A stretch of DNA of 64,000 nt, taken from positions 2,829,168-2,893,167 of the forward strand of contig MU053482.1 of NCBI GenBank assembly GCA_013239625.1. The letters run 5' to 3'. Each line of letters opens with the position of its first letter. Position 1 is the stretch's first letter. This DNA is from Lama guanicoe. Lineage: Eukaryota. Positions 62,385-64,000 of the stretch are shown one piece after another. Made by a program: the position numbers and the translations under genes. The notes below the pieces were generated by a model that was not told where the DNA came from, searched no databases, and saw only the letters and a program-made list of their open reading frames with translations.

Positions 62385-64000
62385 GCAACTGTTTTCCAGG
62401 TTAGGGAGGTTTTCAGCTATTATCTCTTCAAATATTTTCTCAGGCCCTTTTTCCTCTTCTCCTTCTGGGACCCCTATAATGGGAATGTTAGTGAACTTGA
62501 TGTTGTCCCAAAGGTCTCTTAAACTACCCTCATTTCTTTTCTTCTTTCTCCTTTTTCTGTTTAGCAGCAGTAGTTTCCACTACTGACTGTCTTTCAGCTC
62601 ACAGATCATTCTTCTGAATCATTTAGTCCACTACTGATTCCTTCTAGTGTATTTTTCATTTCATTTATTGTATTCTTCATCTCTGGTTGATCTTTATACT
62701 TTTATTAAAAACTACTAAATTCTTGCTCTGTGCATCCATTCTCCCCCCGAGTTCTTTGGTCACTTTTACAGTCATTATGCTAAACTCTTTCTTGGGTAGA
62801 TTGCCTATCTCCTCATTACTTAGTTCCTCTTCTGGGATTTTCTCTTGTTCCTTTGGGTACGACATATTCCTCTGCTGCTTCATTTTGTCTGAGTTGCTAT
62901 TTGTATTTTTATGTATGTGGTGGGTTATTTATGTTTCTCAACCTTGGAGCAGTGGCCCTCTGTAGGAGACGTCCTATGCATCCCAGCAGTGCATTCCCCT
63001 GTCAGCCAAGCCATATGCTCAAGGGGTTCCCCCTAAGAGGGCCTTGTGGGTCCTTCTGTTAGGGCACGCTGACTATGTGGGTGGTCTGGGAGACTAGGTT
63101 GGACCCTGGTCCCGTTGGTTGCCAGGCCCTGCCTTGTACGGAGGGTGCTGGCTGCTATTTAATGGGGCCTGGTTACTAGGCAGCTGGTTGTGGAACCACA
63201 GGGGCCCCGGGGCTAGTGCTGGCTCACAGGTGGGCGGAGTCAGGGTCCTGAAGACTTTGGGGCTGCTGCCCTCCCACTAGCAGGTGAAGCCAGTTCCCGG
63301 GGTTAGTGCCAGACGACTGGCAGGCAGAGCTGGCTCCTGCAGTTTGGCTGCAGGACCTGGGGATCCCAGACCTCGCTGCAGATCATTGGTGGGGGTCCAG
63401 TCGTTGACACCGCGGAGTATGGAGTCTAGGGTGTCCCGAAGGTTGCACTGGCCTGCTAGTGGGCAGGGCCAGGGCCCAGCTGGTCCCAGCATAGGGTCCG
63501 GCTTGCTGTTGGTGGGCTCAGTCCCGCGAGATTTCTGCTTCTAGTGTCGACACCGGGGAGGGTGAGGCGGGTCTAGAGGCTTGTGCAGGCTTCCTGGAGG
63601 GAAGAGCCGGTGCCTGCCCACTGGTGAGTGGAGCCGGGTCCTGGCCCTCTGGTGGCCCTCAGGGCCGTGTGTAGGGAGAGGCCCTGGAGGGTGGGCTCTG
63701 GAAGCCTGCAGGCTGCCTGTCCGGGTGCGGTGGGGCTGAGTGCCGAGTTGGGCGCTTGGCCTGCGGCGTCTCAGCGCCGCACCTGGGGGCTGCGGGGCGG
63801 GGCCGGGAAGGTTTTCAAAATGGCGCCGCCAAGCCGGACGCCAGCACCAGCGCCCTCGCAGCACGGGTAGCTCCCGGGGAAGCTGCCGCCAGTGTCCCGG
63901 CCCCAGGGTGAGCCTCAGCTGAACCCCCCGCCTCTCCGGGAGTCTCTCCAAGACCGGCAGGTAGGTCTGGCCCAGGCTCCTATCAAATTACTGCTTTTGC
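62385..64000 (-). mobile_element. L1 5' portion: degraded ORF1 N-terminus and GC-rich 5' UTR, continuing past the window end
   Basis: ORF 62677..62883 MKQQRNMSYPKEQEKIPEEELSNEEIGNLPKKEF is an L1 ORF1 start; GC-rich UTR lies upstream on the minus strand. Confidence 0.8.

Noticed and set aside
63541..63951. 136-aa Arg/Pro-rich ORF and neighbouring ORFs
   Set aside because: Stop-poor GC-rich L1 5' UTR; no evidence of coding
1..64000. CRISPR arrays, operons, tRNA/rRNA genes or a novel prokaryotic-type system
   Set aside because: The sequence is a spliced mammalian gene with interspersed repeats; no spacer-repeat array or structured RNA gene was recognised by eye

Overview
Mammalian genomic DNA, not microbial. 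It holds most of the SWAP70 gene (switch-associated protein 70: EF-hand-like N-terminus, PH domain, coiled-coil/actin-binding C-terminus) on the + strand. Coding exons 2-12 can be read directly (15700-58491). All have AG/GT boundaries and splice into one open frame of 1659 nt (552 aa + stop); adding the ~33 codons of exon 1, which lies upstream of the window, gives the known 585-aa length. A 3' UTR with several candidate poly(A) signals follows. The introns are full of L1, L2, MIR, LTR and DNA-transposon relics. The youngest L1 3' end resembles what I recall of camelid L1s, and I saw no Alu, Bov-tA or CHR-type SINEs, so a camelid is a tentative guess. I found no new multi-gene system. The most unusual signals are: a cluster of TSD-flanked retrotransposition scars in intron 2 (12 nt to 1.6 kb); a 41-bp segment duplicated 1.36 kb away into a MIR; a strong intronic CTCF motif; a distant-branch-point-type acceptor at exon 8; and an old L1 5' UTR whose CpGs are increasingly preserved toward the window end. 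Repeat family names are from memory of consensus sequences and repeat boundaries are approximate unless TSDs are given.
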